Below, in pieces: positions 63,864 through 64,000 of a stretch of 64,000 nt of DNA. Numbering within the stretch: position 1 is the first letter of the stretch; each line of letters begins with the position of its first letter. The stretch is from Trichosphaerium sp. ATCC 40318 (taxonomy: Eukaryota; Protista; Tubulinea): contig JALMLS010000268.1 in the NCBI GenBank assembly GCA_038496445.1, forward strand, positions 393,299 to 457,298. Direction: 5' to 3'. The notes below the pieces were generated by a model, which did no database searches, was not told where the DNA came from, and saw only the letters and a list, made by a program, of their open reading frames with translations. The position numbers and the translations under genes are program-made.

Positions 63864-64000
63864 GCCAGAGAATCTTCGAAATAGTATGTTTTCTCATCGT
63901 TCCTATCACAATGGCTTCTGTTTAATTTCCTTGTCACAATTGATTGTGTGTAAAATGTGTTGTGTAATCTTACTGCTTTCCATTTTTAAAGTATGCTTTG

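Larger units (their letters stand above)
58835..64000. repeat. Right arm of large inverted duplication (continues beyond window)
   Basis: Near-identical reverse complement of 51948-57124 with scattered substitutions and indels. Confidence 0.97.

Overview
AT-rich, gene-dense eukaryotic DNA with many short (~40-100 nt) spliceosomal introns. Gene content (HRDLAARN kinase, CLU-domain protein, W-rich repeat protein, MORN-variant and LRR genes) suggests an amoeboid protist, probably Amoebozoa; this is inference. About 20 intron-rich genes are recognisable: two mucin-like secreted proteins (one with a CysD/WxxW domain), an MRH-domain protein, two ankyrin proteins, LRR, START, S45 penicillin/AHL-acylase, CLU, PI-PLC X, PNRC-motif, tandem GT8, PH-ankyrin-kinase, NAC-alpha, Rab and TPR. 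Interspersed are intronless, foreign-looking genes: F-box-MORN and F-box-LRR genes of giant-virus style plus decayed copies, and a bacterial-like SMP-30/gluconolactonase. The last 12 kb are a near-perfect inverted duplication (arms >=5.2 kb, 51948-57124 and 58835-64000+). Its 1.7-kb unique spacer holds a 4-module, one-exon-per-module metallothionein gene that the ORF track misses. Each arm carries an F-box-LRR gene, a gene with an intronic tRNA-Asp, and part of a decayed TDP1-like gene. Other signals: a dispersed non-coding element tied to the virus-like genes, a structured ncRNA candidate near 39.1-39.3 kb, and strong CACGTG enrichment. Exon models were spliced by eye, so boundaries are approximate.
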